From: Scenedesmus sp. PABB004 | Taxonomy: Eukaryota | Length of the DNA: 64,000 nucleotides | Direction of reading: 5' to 3' | NCBI GenBank assembly: GCA_014905635.1 | Contig: JABVCE010000005.1 | Span: 744,001 to 808,000 of the forward strand | In this document: piece by piece, positions 37,803-49,824 of the stretch | Numbering within the stretch: position 1 is the first letter of the stretch | How the letters are laid out: every line of letters begins with the position of its first letter | Notes under the pieces: generated by a model | Databases searched by the model: none | The model's input: the letters and a program-made list of their open reading frames with translations, nothing else | Told to the model about the DNA's origin: nothing | Position numbers and translations under genes: made by a program

Positions 37803-38884
37803 TCAGCGCACGCTCGCCCCCATGCTGCGCAGCCGCGCGCGCATCTGCTCCGGGCTGCCCGTGAACACGACGCGCCCGTCCTCCATGTACGATGCCGCGT
37901 CGGCGTATGCGAGCTCCTCAAACCTGCGGCGGCGGCGCACGGCGCGCTGTGTGCTCGGCTCGGGCGGGCGGCGCCGGGCGCCGCGGGGCCGCTGGGCGGC
38001 GCCGCGGCAGCACCAGCCCGCCGCGCCGCCGCCGCGGGCGCGCCTGTGCGTCACCCAGACGGCCGTGACGTCGCGCCGCGCGTGCGTGACGGCGCGCACG
38101 GCCTCGAGCACGCCAAACTGGTCCTCAACGTCCAGAAACGTGGTCAGCTCGTCCAGCAGCAGCAGCTTGGGGTCCTCCGCCAGCGCGCCTGCGAGGCGCG
38201 GCGCGGCGCGGCGTGGCTGCGACGGGCGGCGAGCGCCGCGCGCCGGAGCGAGCGGCGCCGGCGGACGCGCGCGCGCGCCCGCGCGCGCGGCGCACCCGCG
38301 ATGGCGACGCGCTGGCGCTGCCCGCCCGAGAGCGTGTGCGTGGCGCGGTGCATGAAGGGCTTCATGTTGACCAGCTCCAGCGCCGTCTCCACCGCGGCCG
38401 CGACCTGCGACTCAGGCAGCACGTACCTGCGGCGGCGGGCGCGCACGGGCGTGGAGCGCCCGGCACGGCGCGGCGAGTGTGCGCGCGCGTGTGGCCGCCA
38501 CGGCGCGGCACCGAGCGCGGCCCGCCCAAGCCGCCGCCGCCGCCGCCGCCGCCGCGCCTGCCGAGGCCGAACGCCACGTCCGCGGCGACCGTGGGCATGA
38601 CGACCTGGTGGTCGGGGTTTTGGAACACAAACCCCGACGGCTCATCCGCCGCGACGGCGCCGCCGTCGGGCCGCAGCAGGCCGCCGAGGACGCGCAGCAG
38701 CGTGGACTTGCCGCAGCCGTTGGGCCCGAGCAGCATGTGCAGGCTGCCGCGCTGCACGCGGAGGTCGACCGAGCGCAGGATCTGGCGCTTGGCGCCCTCC
38801 GGGCCCAGCGACAGCTGCAGGCCGCGGATGTCGATGCTGAACCCGGGCGGGGCGGCGCCGCCGCTGCCGTTGCCGCCCGGGCCG

Positions 38885-38917
<33 letters not shown>

Positions 38918-39018
38918 GCGCGCCGCCGGCACGGCGCGCAGAGCTTCTGCTGCTGCCCCGGCCGGCCGCAGGCCCAGGGGGCGGCGGGGGAGCCGAGGGC
39001 GGGCGCCCGCGCGCGCAT
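37803..39018 (-). CDS. ABCI10: Plastid ABC/ECF-type ATPase, ABCI10/NAP13-like (4 exons)
   Basis: Transit peptide; Walker [11 protein letters not shown]-loop [23 protein letters not shown]; signature LSGGQRQR; Walker [14 protein letters not shown]-loop VWVTHR. Confidence 0.88.
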
Positions 39019-39451
39019 GGCGCTCCCCCTGCTCGCGGCCGGCTGCGTCGGCAGCGGCGGCGGCGCGCGCGTGCGGCGTGCGGTGCGGGCGCGGTGCCTG
39101 CGGGTTGGGGGTTTGGAGCGCGCTTGGAGAGCTTCGGCTGGCGCTAGCACTGGGGGCGCGGCGGGCGGCGCGGGCAGCGGCAGCGGCTCGAGCAGCGGCG
39201 GCGGCGCTTCAGCGCCGCGCGGTTGTCAGTGGGCGCCTGCGGGTGCGGTCACCGCCACCGCGGCCAGCCCCCCGCATTGATTCCCTCGGTCGCTACTCCC
39301 CCCGCTTGTCGCTCCTCGCTGCCTCTCTGCCGCGGTCCGCCATCAACTCGCCTGCTGCCGACGCCAACGCGGCGATCTCGGCCCGCTCTTCGCCGCAGCC
39401 GACGCAGGCGCCGCCCTAGCAGCCCCCGCGCGGCGCGCGGCGCGCGGCGCG

Positions 39452-40081
39452 ATGTCCAAGAAGGAGAGCGCGGTCGACCTGGCCAAGTTCATCGACAAGG
39501 GCGTGCGCGTGAAGCTGGCGGGCGGGCGGGAAGGTGCGGTACGGGATGCACGACGGAGCCCGAGCACGCGCGCGAGCCGCGCCGCGCCGGCGGGCCGCAC
39601 GCCCGAGCGCCGCGCCGCGCCGCCGCTGCGTTGCTGCTGCTGCTGCTGCTGCAGTCTCTGGCGTGCTCAAGGGCTACGACCAGCTGCTCAACATGGTGCT
39701 GGACGAGGCCGTGGAGTACTTGAGAGGTGAGGCTGCGCGGCCGCGGCCGCGCGCTGGCCGGAGACGGCACGGCGGTGACCAGCACGCCGCCCGCGCCGCG
39801 CAGACCCGAGCGACCCGATGCGTGTCACGGACGACACGCGGACGCTGGGCGTCGTGGTGCGCGCGGCGCTCGCTTGCGCGGCAGCCCGCGCGGCGCCCGC
39901 GGGCGGCGGCGGCAGCGGCGGCGCGCGCGCGAGCCGCCCGCCCGCGGCCGGGCGCAGCGCCGACGCCGGGCGCTCGCGCGCGCCCCGGCCGCAGGTGTGC
40001 CGCGGCACGGCCGTCACGATGGTGGCACCCACGGCGGGCGCGGAGGAGATCGCCAACCCCTTCCTGCAGGCGGCAGAGTAG
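39452..40081 (+). CDS. LSM7: Sm-like protein LSm7 (4 exons)
   Basis: Spliced product MSKKESAVDLAKFIDKGVRVKLAGGREVSGVLKGYDQLLNMVLDEAVEYLRDPSDPMRVTDDTRTLGVVVCRGTAVTMVAPTAGAEEIANPFLQAAE. Confidence 0.95.
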
Positions 40082-40464
40082 TTCCGCACGGGTCGGCAGC
40101 GGGGCCGGTGCGCGGCGGGCGGCGTGCGACGGCTGCAGCGGCAGCCGGCGCGGCGGCGGTCGGCGGCGATCTGGGGCGGGAGGCTGAGGGCGGGGGGTGG
40201 CGAGGGGGCGGGCGGACAAGCCGAGCGTGACGCGGTTTGGCCGCGCGGCGCCGCGCGGCGGCGCTGGTGTCGGGGGCCCTTGCCCCCGTGGTCATTTCCG
40301 CGCTCCGTCCCGCGCTGCCGCGTCTCTCTCTCTCGCAAGCGAGGCAGGCGGCCCCATCAGCCACGGCGGCGGCAGCGCCCATCAGCGGCGGCAGCGCCCG
40401 CCGCCCGGCTCCCTGGCGCCCCGCCAGCTCGCGCAGCGCCGTCCCGCGCAAGGTTCGGACGCTT

Positions 40465-40897
40465 ATGGCGCGCCCGCCCGCGGCTGAGCAGTCGGCGGGC
40501 GGCGGCGTGCCGGCGGAGACGGCGGCGCCAGCGGCGCGCCCGCTGCCGCACGCCGTGCTGGTGCGCGCCCGCGTGCGCCTGCCGCGGCTAGGGCGTGGCT
40601 CAGCGCGCTCCGTGCGTAGCGCTCTCCCACGCCGTCCCCCGCTCGCAGCCCCCGCCGCAGGACCCCGGGCTGCTCGAGGACACCGCGCTGCCGCTGGCCG
40701 GGCTGCACGCGGCGTTTGCCAAGGCCGCCGCGTGGCAGGCGGCGCAGGAGGCGGCGGCAGCACGGGAGGAGGAGGCGGGGGCGGCCCAGGGCGACGCGCG
40801 CGCCGGCGCTGCCGGGCAGGAGCCGGGTGCACCGGAGCACCGGCACGGAAAGCAGGCAGCGGCGGCGCAGGCGCCGCCGGCGGGCCAGCCGCCCTGA
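40465..40897 (+). CDS. Small hypothetical protein (~110 aa, 2 exons)
   Basis: ATG at 40465; exon 1 40465-40560; intron GTGCGC..CCGCAG 40561-40660; exon 2 40661-40897 in frame (DPGLLEDTALPLAGLHAAFAKAAAW..). No homology recognised. Confidence 0.4.
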
Positions 40898-42322
40898 CCA
40901 CCGCGGCCGGCTCGCGGCGACTCGTTTCATCCCCCCTGATCAGCTGCCCGCACGGGCTGCGCTTGGCGCGCGCGTGCTGTGGGCGCCCGGGCAGGCTGGG
41001 GCGCCAGCTGCGGAGGCCGCGGGCAGGGGGCTGGCCGCCCCCGCTCGGCCGCGGCGCGGCCGCGGTCCGTGACCGCCGGCAACACAACGCCAGGCGGCGG
41101 CGGCCGACCGGCGGCGGCTTGGCAGGCCGTCGCAGCGCCGAGCGCTCGCGAGCGCTCGGGCACGTGCCGGGCGTGCGGCCGGGGGCAGCGCGGGCGGCGG
41201 CCTCGATGCGGCGCCCTCACCGGTCCCTGCGCGCGGCCTGCGGCGCTGGGAGCTGCGGCGGCGCCCCGCGGCGCGGAGCAGGCGCAGCGGCTGCGCGGCG
41301 CAGCGCGTGGCGCAGCGCGCGGCGCGGCGCGGCGCGGCGCGTGCAACGCTCGCCGCCGCCTCGGCAGGCTCGCGCGACCGCCCGCCCGAGCGTTGCACGC
41401 GCAGCGCCTCGCCAGCGCGGCACGCGGGACGGCACGCGGAGCCCTTGCTCGCCCGGTCACGACGCCGCGGCGCGAGCCCGCCGCCCGCCCCGCCGCACCC
41501 CCATCCCCGCGCCAGCAGCGCGCCGGCGCTGCGACCAGCCGAGCGCTCGAACACGAGAGCAGCAGCAAGGCGCCCGAGGGCCGCGATCTGCGTTGAGGCG
41601 CGCAAGTCGGAATCAGGTCGAATCCGCGGAGTCGCTGGCGAGCGCAGGTGGGCTGCGCGGCGCTGGGGCCGGGCGGCACTCGAGCGCATCCCACGCCGCG
41701 CGCGCGCCGGGGGCCCGCGCCCGCGGGCTCTCGGCAGCGTGCGTGCGCGGGTTGCGGGTGTGCGGGGCTGCCGTGGCAGGGTGGCGCGGTGCTGCGCGAC
41801 CGCGCAGCCGGCCGTGCCACGACAGCGGGACGCGGGCGCGCCAGGGGCGCCGCGCAGGCGCCTGGGCTGGGCGCGGCGGGCCGGGCTGGGCTGGGCCGGC
41901 CGGCTCGCGAGCGCGCGGGATCGGAGGGGGCCGCGCGGCGCCGTGCGGGGGCGGAGATGCCGGGCCTCGCCCCAGTCGCAGCAGCGCGCCAGGGCGCCCC
42001 CAGCGCGGCCGCCGGCCCGGCCAGGGCCAGCTCACGTCGCGGCGCAGCCGCGGGGACGGCGCATTGGGGGCCCGGGGCCGGCGCGCGCTCGCGCGCGCCC
42101 GACGCCGCCCGCGCTGCTGCCGCGCCGCGTTGCCCGCCGCCGCGCCCGCAGGAGCCTGCCGCGCGGCGCGCCCGGGGCCAGCAGCCATGGCGGTCGCCGC
42201 GTGAGGCGCACCGCGCGCGGCCGGGCGCTGCGGCTGGGCAGCGGGCGCGGCGCGCCGCGCGCGGCCGCGCGCGTCGCGCGCGCGCGAGCGCGGGCCGCCG
42301 CGGCCGGCGCCGGCGCGGGCCG

Positions 42323-43865
42323 ATGTCAGCGCAGCAGCTGGGCAGCGACCTGACCTCTCCCAACACACTGCTCAACAACGCGCACGACATGCAGCTCGAC
42401 GGCCAGGCGCACCCCGGCGGCGCGGCGCTGCAGCCGCTCGGCCCGGGCGCGGTGAAGCTGGAGCCGGGGCTGGCGCCGCAGCCGCTGCCAGACCCCAACG
42501 AGGCGCTCGCCCACGCGGTGCACGGCGCCGGCGGCGCGCCGCCGCCGCCCTACGCGAGCCCCGCGCTGCACCCGGGCGGCGGCTTTGGGCAGGCGCCGGG
42601 CTTCCACGACGCCGGCGCGGCGCCGTGGCAGCACCACGACGCCGGCGGCGGCGAGTGCGGCCTGGGCGCGTTTGACGTCGGCGTCGGCGCGTCGCCCGCG
42701 GGCTCGCCCTTCCCCGGCGGCGCCGCCGGCGGCGGCGGCACCGGCCCCGGCGCGTACGCGCACGCCGGCGCGATGCCGTCGGCCGACTCGGTCGCCTCGC
42801 GCGGCAGCAGCGAGGGGCTCTTGGCCCCGGGGCCGCTCGGCGGCGGCGGCGGCTTTGAGATGCAGAGCGGCTTCATGGCGGGCGGCGGCGCCCTCCAGGG
42901 CCTGCACGCGGGCGCGCTGCCGCCGGTCGGCAGCCCGCGCGGGAGCCACAGCCCCGGCCTGTCGCAGTTTGGCGGCGGCGGCGCCGCCGCCGCCGCCAAC
43001 GCCTGCAGCGGCGAGAGCGCGCGGCCCGTGAACGGCCTCGGCGGCCAGCACCACCAGTACGCTGGCGCCAGCGGCGGCGGCAGCGGCGGCGGCGGCGGCG
43101 GCGGGCCCGCGCACAACGTGCGCAGCAGCAGCGCCGCCCACGCCGGCGGCGGCCGCGGCGCCGGCAGCAGCGCCATGGCCGCGGCGGCCGCCATGGCGGG
43201 CGGCGAGCAGGTGTTTCGGTCGCAGTACCGCGGCGTGAGCTACGACAAGAAGAAGCGCAAGTGGCGCGTGCAGATCAAGGTCGCCGCGCTCGGCAAGTCA
43301 GGTGCGCCCGTGCGGGGGCTGCGCCGCCGCCGCCGCCGCCGCCGCTGCCGCCGCCGCCGCCCGCGCCGCGTTGCCGCTGCCCCGGCCCCGCCGCGACCCC
43401 GCCGCGGCGTGCGCAGGCGTGAGCGTGGGCTACTTTGACACGGAGGACGCCGCGGCGCGCGCGTACGACCGCGCCGCAATCGGCCTGCTCGGCCGCGCCA
43501 ACTGCCGCAGCATCCTCAACTATCCCATCGAGGAGTACGACCACGACAGCGTGCCAGAGCTCGTCGGTGCGCCCCGCGCGCCCCAGCGCCGCCGCGCGCG
43601 GGCGCGGGCGGCGGCGGCGGCGGTGGCGTGGCGGCGGCGCGCGCCAGCGGCGCGGGCGCGGGCGCGGGTGCTGACGGCCCGGACCGCCGCGCACGCGGCG
43701 CGCAGGCAAGACGCGGGAGGAGGTCAAGGCGACGCTGAAGAGCGAGCGCGCCAAGCTGCCGCGCCGCCGCCTCACCAACCGGTGCGCGCCTCGCCGCCTC
43801 GCCGCCGCCGCTGCCGCGCGGCCCCGCGCGCGCACGCGCTCGCGCTCGCCGCGCCGCGCTCACCG

Positions 43866-43914
<49 letters not shown>

Positions 43915-46900
43915 TGCGCCAGGCGCCGCACGAGCCGGTACCTCGGCGTGGGCAGCAGCAACCGCAAGAACCAGTGGCAGGCGCGCATCCTGTACCACGG
44001 CAAGGTCACGCACCTGGGCTACTACCGGACCGAGGAGGAGGCGGCGCGCGTGTACGACAAGGTCTCCATCTCCCTGCACGGCGCGGGCGCGCAGACCAAC
44101 TTCCCCATCGACCAGGTGCGGCGCCGGGGCGGGCGGGCGGGCGGGGGCGGCAGCGCGGCGGCGCAGGGCAGGGCTCCTGGGCTCCTGGCCCCTCCTGCAG
44201 GCCTCCTGGGCTCTGGCCCCTCCTGCGGGCCTCCTGGGCCTGCACGCCAGGGGGGCCGCGCGGGGCCGCGCACGGCTGGGCCGCTGCCGGCGCCGCCCGC
44301 CCCTGAGCCCTCCCGCCGCGCCGCGCCGCGCCGCGCCGCGCCGCGCCGCGCCGCGCAGTACAAGCACGAGGTGGGCAGCCTGCAGCAGAAGCTGAGCGGG
44401 CTGACGCGCGAGGAGCTGCAGCGCGCGCTCGGCGTGAAGCCGATGGACAAGAGCAGCACCTTCCGGGGCGTGAGCAAGAAGAAGGGCCGCTGGGAGGCCA
44501 AGGTCATGCTCAACCGCAAGTGGGCCTACAGGTGCGGCGGCGGCGCGCACTGCGCGGGCGGCACGCGCTCGGCGTGGCTCGCGCGCGGGCGGCGTGCTGA
44601 GCGCGTGCCGAGTGCGGCGTGCTGAGCGCGTGCCGAGTGCGGCGTGCTGAGCGCGGCGCGCGTGCTGAGCGCGGCGCGCGCCGTACGTGCGCGCAGGGAG
44701 ATTTTTGACGCCGAGGTCGACGCGGCGCGCGCGTACGACGCGGCGGTGTGGCGCCTCAAGCCGCGCGAGGCGCGGAACTACACCAACTTCAAGGACACCT
44801 GCCCGCCCGACGTCGCGGCGGTGCTCGCGGCGGCCGACAAGGCGCGCGCGCGCGCGGGCCGCGGCGTGCGCGTGGGCCGCCACGCGCGGGGCCGCCGCGC
44901 ACGCGGCGGGGTGCTGATGCCGCGCGCCATGCGCCGCGCGCCGCCGGCGCAGGGCGGCGCGCTCGCGATGCACCCGACGGGCCTGCCGCTCACGGCGGCG
45001 CCGCTCATCGAGGCGGGGCTGCTCTTTGACGACGAGGGCCAGAGCATCCGCGGCCCCAACGGCATCACGCGCACCGTGAGCATCGGTGACCTCATCTCCC
45101 TCGGCGACTCGGCCGGCCAGTCGGCGAGCGAGGAGCGCTCGACCGGCGGCGGCGGCAGCGGCAGCGCCGGCGGCCGCCCCGCGCACAGCGGCGGCGGCGC
45201 GTCGGGCGGCGCCGGCGGCGCGCCGCCGGGCGGCACCGCGGCGGCGGTCAAGCGCGGCGGCGGCGGCGGCGGCGCCGCGGCGGGCGGGCTCGTCAAGTCT
45301 GCGAGCTACTCTGCACTGTCGGGGCTGGACGGCGCGGTGACGAGCAGCCTCATCGCGTCGCCGCCCGACCCGGCGGCCGCCGCGGCGGCGCCCGTGCCCG
45401 CGAGCAGCCTCGCGGCGCTCAAGGGCCGCGGCGGCGGCCTGCACGGCGACCTGGCGTCGCACCACGCGATGGGCGGCGGCGGGCACCACGCGATGCACGC
45501 CGGCGACGCCCACGCCGCGGCGCTGGGCCCGGGGCACCACCACCTCGGCGCCGGCGGCGGCGCGGGCGGGCACTACGGCGTCGGCGGGCTCGGCGGCGGC
45601 GGGCTCGGTGGCGGCATGGCCCGCGTGCACTCGGTGCCGTCCCTGGTCAGCTACGGCGGCGGGCTCGCCGACGTGGGCTCGCCCTCGCTGCCGCCGGCGG
45701 GCGGCGCCGGCGGCGGCCGGCCGGGCGCGCTCGGCGGGCAGCAGCCGTATGGCGGCCAGGGCTACGGCGGCTACGGCGCGCCGGCGGGGCTGCCGCACGG
45801 CGGCATGAAGCTCGAGGGCACCTACTGGACCACGGAGCTGCCACACCAGGTGCGGGGGCGCCGGCGGCAGCGCGGCCGCGGCGCGCACAGCCGCGCGCCC
45901 GCGCGCAGGGAGGAAGGGAGGGGGCCCACGCCCGCCGCCCGCCGCCCGCCGCCCGCCGCGCAGATGGACCACGCTGCCGCACACCACGCCGCGGCGGCGG
46001 CGCACCAGGCGGCGCACCAGGCGCACCAGGCGCAGCAGCACGGCCTGCGCATGAGCCGCTCGTGCGGCAATCTGGCCTTCATGGCCAGCGGCGGCGGCAT
46101 GGGCGGCGGCGGCATGGGCGGCGGCGGCATGGGCGGCAGCCACAGCCCAGCGGGGCTGGGCCCGCTGCCGCCCCAGCAGCAGCCGCTGCAGCACCATCAC
46201 CAGCAGCCGCAGCAGCAGGCGATGAGCAGCCCTGGCATCGGCACGTCCCCGCTCGGCACGTTCAGCAGGTGCGCGCGTCGCGCCGCCGCGCCCGCCGCGC
46301 TGTCGCCGCCCGGCGGCGCGCCTGCCGCGCTGGGGCCGCCCGGCGCGCGCGCCGCGCCGCATCACCGCCGCGCCGCGCCGCCGCGCCGCACCGCGCCGCG
46401 CGCGCGCAGCGGCTCGGCCGACTTTGGCAACGGCGCGCCGAGCAAGCCGCTGATGGTGCGCGTGGGCAGCGAGCAGCACCTGATCGCGCCCGCGCCCGTG
46501 CCGGGCGGCGGGCTCAAGGGAATGCCGCGCATCGGCAGCGAGAGCCAGCTGAGCAGCATGGTCCCCGTCTCGCCCTCGGCCGCGTTCCTGGGGCCCGAGC
46601 TCGGCCACGGCGGCGTGCACGGCCTGCCCGGCGGGCTCGGCGGCCCGCCGGCGCAGCAGCACGGCCTGCACGCCGGCTACGGCCACCTCCACGCGCCGGG
46701 GCACCACGTCGCCGCGCTGCAGCAGCAGCAGCAGGCGCAGGCGCAGCACTACCAGCAGCTCGGCTACGGCGGCGGCGGCGGCCTGCCGCAGCACGCGCCC
46801 GGCGGCGGGCTGCCGAGCGGCGCGGGCGGCGGCGCGCCGCGGCCGCGTCGCGAGGGCGGCGGCATGCCACGCGCGCACAGCTACGCGGCGCTTCAGAGCA

Positions 46901-47613
46901 TCGACGAGTCCTCCGTGTACGCGCACGCGCACGCGCACGCGGCGGCGCACGGCCACCACGGCCACGCGCACTCGCTCGGCGCGGCCGACATGGACGCACT
47001 GCTTGCGGGCGGCGCCGGCGGCGTGCAGGCGCAGCGCGCGCACAGCATGCCGGGCAGCCTCGGCCCGCCCGCCGGCGGCGGCGGCGCCTGGGGCCACGCG
47101 GCGCCCGGCATGCACCACGGGCTGCACGCCGGCGGCGTCGGCATGGGCCACCCGGCGCCGGGCATGCACCACGGCGGCGGCGGCGCCTTTGCGGGCGCCG
47201 CGATGCCCGGCGGCGGCGGCGGCTGGCCCGGCGGCGGCGGGTTCGGCCTGCCGCAGCAGGCGCCGCCGGCGCCCGCGCACCAGGCGCAGGGCATGGGCGA
47301 TGTGTGGTCGGGCGGCGGCGGCGGCGGCACGGGCGGCGGCGCGGGCGCCGGCGCGGGCGCCGGCGCGGACGGCGGCGGCGTGGAGCGCCCCGACTCGCCG
47401 CTTGGCGCGGTGCAGATCGGCGGCGAGGAGCTGGACGTGGCGATGACCTTCCTGTCGGACGGCAGCCCCCGCCGGCTCACCGAGCACGGCGGCGCGCTGG
47501 ACCTGCTCGAGGGCCTCGCCGACCCGCCGCCGTCGGCGCCCAGCCCCGGCGGCAGCGGCGGCGCGCTGCTGTTCAACGCCGCCGACCTCGGCGACACGCA
47601 CATGGTTGACTGA
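42323..47613 (+). CDS. Transcription factor with three AP2 domains and a long G/H/Q-rich tail (9 exons)
   Basis: SQYRGVSYDKKKRKWRVQI..AARAYDRAA; SRYLGV..NQWQARI..HLGYY..AARVYDKVS; STFRGVSKKKGRWEAKV..DAARAYDAAV. Confidence 0.9.
44589..44680. repeat. Intronic tandem repeat, 25-bp unit GCGGCGTGCTGAGCGCGTGCCGAGT plus shorter derivatives
   Basis: Read directly in intron 5 of the triple-AP2 gene. Confidence 0.85.
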
Positions 47614-48343
47614 GCGCCGCGCCGCGGCCAGCGCCTCGCGGGCGGGGCGGGGCGGCGGGGCCTCGCGCCGCGCCCCGGGATTGGCGGCGGGGGCGCCTGG
47701 GGCGGGGGGCGCAGCGGAACGCATGGCGAGCGGGAGCGAGCGCGCGGGCTGCAGCGGCGCCGCGCGCGGCGGGCTTCGCCGCGCCGGCAGTTTTTTTTTC
47801 CGAGCCGCCGCTGCTGAAGAAGAAGAGAAACAATTTTTGCACGAGCAGGGCTGGCTGGGCACGGCAACGCCGCCGCGCGCCGTGCTGTGCGCTGCCGCTC
47901 CGGGCAGCGTGCCGCCACCGCCGCCGACGACGACCAGCCCGCTCGCCGTCACGCACACGCGATCAAACCACGATCGCCTGCCCGCCGGCGGCGGCGCCAA
48001 CGCGCGACCGGACGCGGCGGTTCGACACGCAAACACCGCGCCGACAGCTCGCGCCCAGCGACCCCTGCCGTGCCCGGTTGGGCCCGTCCAGCACTCCCCC
48101 GCCGGCCGGGCAGCCCAGCGCGGCCTCCCGTCAACGGCCTCCTGCGAGCCCGTGCAGCAGGGCCCCCTCCCGCGCGCACGGCAGCCCGCAGCCGGCGCTG
48201 GGCGGCTTTGCCGCGAGGCGTGATCAGTAGCACGCCGAAACCGCGGCGTGGCGAGCTGGGGGCATGGCGTGGCGGGCCTGAAGGCAGCTGCAGCAGCATC
48301 CCCCGCGCCGCCGCCGGCCGCCGCAGCGCGGGACGGGGGCGCC

Positions 48344-49792
48344 ATGTCGGACTGGACCCGGGCCCTGCGCGGTGGGGGCGGCCCGTCCGCGGGCACCACG
48401 CCCCGCGCCAAGTCGTACAGCAACAACCGCTACGGCGCGCGCACGGCGGACGAGGACGACGCGGACAGCTCCGCCGGGGGGACCATGAAGCGCACGCCGC
48501 GCCAGGCGGGCCTGTATGACCGCCCCTGGAAGGAGACGGTGCGCGCGCGGGGGCGGCGCGGAGGGGAGGGGCGCGCGCACGGCGCGCGGCGCGCGGCGCC
48601 AACCGCCGCGCAACCGCCGCGCAACCGCGCAGGGCGGCGGCGTGCCCGCGGCCGGGCGCGGCACGCCGCGCAGCCGGGCGTTCGCGCGGCCGCCGGTGCC
48701 GCGCCAGAACAGCACGGTCGACGACTGCGACGCCGCGAGCGCGGCCGAGTCGGACGACGTCTCGGTCGTGACCGAGGACGACTTCCGCGACCCCGAGGGC
48801 GAGAGCGTGCAGGTCTTCGTGCGCGTGCGGCCCACCAACACCACCGAGGCGGAAGAAGGCGCGCAGCGCGGCGCGGCGGCGCACAGCGCGGTGGCGGCGG
48901 ACAGCGCGGCTCGCAGGACCGGGCGCGCGCGGCGACGCGGTGCCGCCGACGCGCCGCCCCGCCCCGCGCGCGCAGGCGACCAGTACCACTGCACGCGCAT
49001 CTACGGCGACCGCACGGTCTCGGTGGAGCTGCGGCACCGGCCGGAGCCGTACCAGTTCAAGTTTGACTGCGTCCTGCCAGAGGCCACGACGCAGCTGGAG
49101 ATCTTTGAGCGTGCGCGCCGCCGCGCCGCGTGCCGCGCCGCGCGCGCCGCGTTCGCCGGCCGCAGCCAGCTGCACAGCAGCCACGCCGACGCGGCTGCCG
49201 CCGGGCGCCGCCGCAGGCGCGGGCAAGCCGATCGTGGACAACTGCATGGCCGGCTACAACTCGACCATCTTTGCCTACGGCCAGACGGGCGCGGGCAAGA
49301 CGTACACGATGCAGGGCCCGCTCGCGGGCGCGCTGGAGGCCGACGGCGGCGACGAGGCGCGCTCGGCCGCGCCGCGGCGGCAGCCTGCGGCGCGCGCCGC
49401 GTGAGCGCCGCCTGAGCGCCGCCTGGGCGCGTCCGCCGCGCCCGTCGTGCGCGCCCGCGCAGAGGGGCCTCGCGCCGCGCGTGTTTGAGTACCTCTTCTC
49501 TGAGATTGACAAGGCGCAGGACGAGAAGGACCACGGCGCGCTCACGTTCTGCTGCCGCTGCAGCGTGCTGGAGATCTACAACGAGGTCATCACTGACCTG
49601 CTCAACCCCGGCGCGACCAACCTGCAGATCCGGGAGGACATCAAGCGCGGCTGCTACGTGGAGGACCTGGGCGAGCACCTCATCCAAAACGGTGCGCGGC
49701 GCGCGCGCGCGCCGGCCCCGCCGCGCCCGGCAGGCGGCGCTGCCGGGGCGCGCCCCGACGCGGCGGCCGGGTCGCCCACTCACCGCCGCCGC

Positions 49793-49824
<32 letters not shown>

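Noticed and set aside
48129..48140. MSA-like element (TCAACGG) upstream of the kinesin
   Set aside because: A single short match is insufficient evidence.
43516..48426. 1636-aa minus-strand ORF, and the many other long R/A/P/G-rich six-frame ORFs
   Set aside because: Antisense or out-of-frame shadows of real spliced genes. Stop codons are scarce at this GC content and no domains are recognisable.
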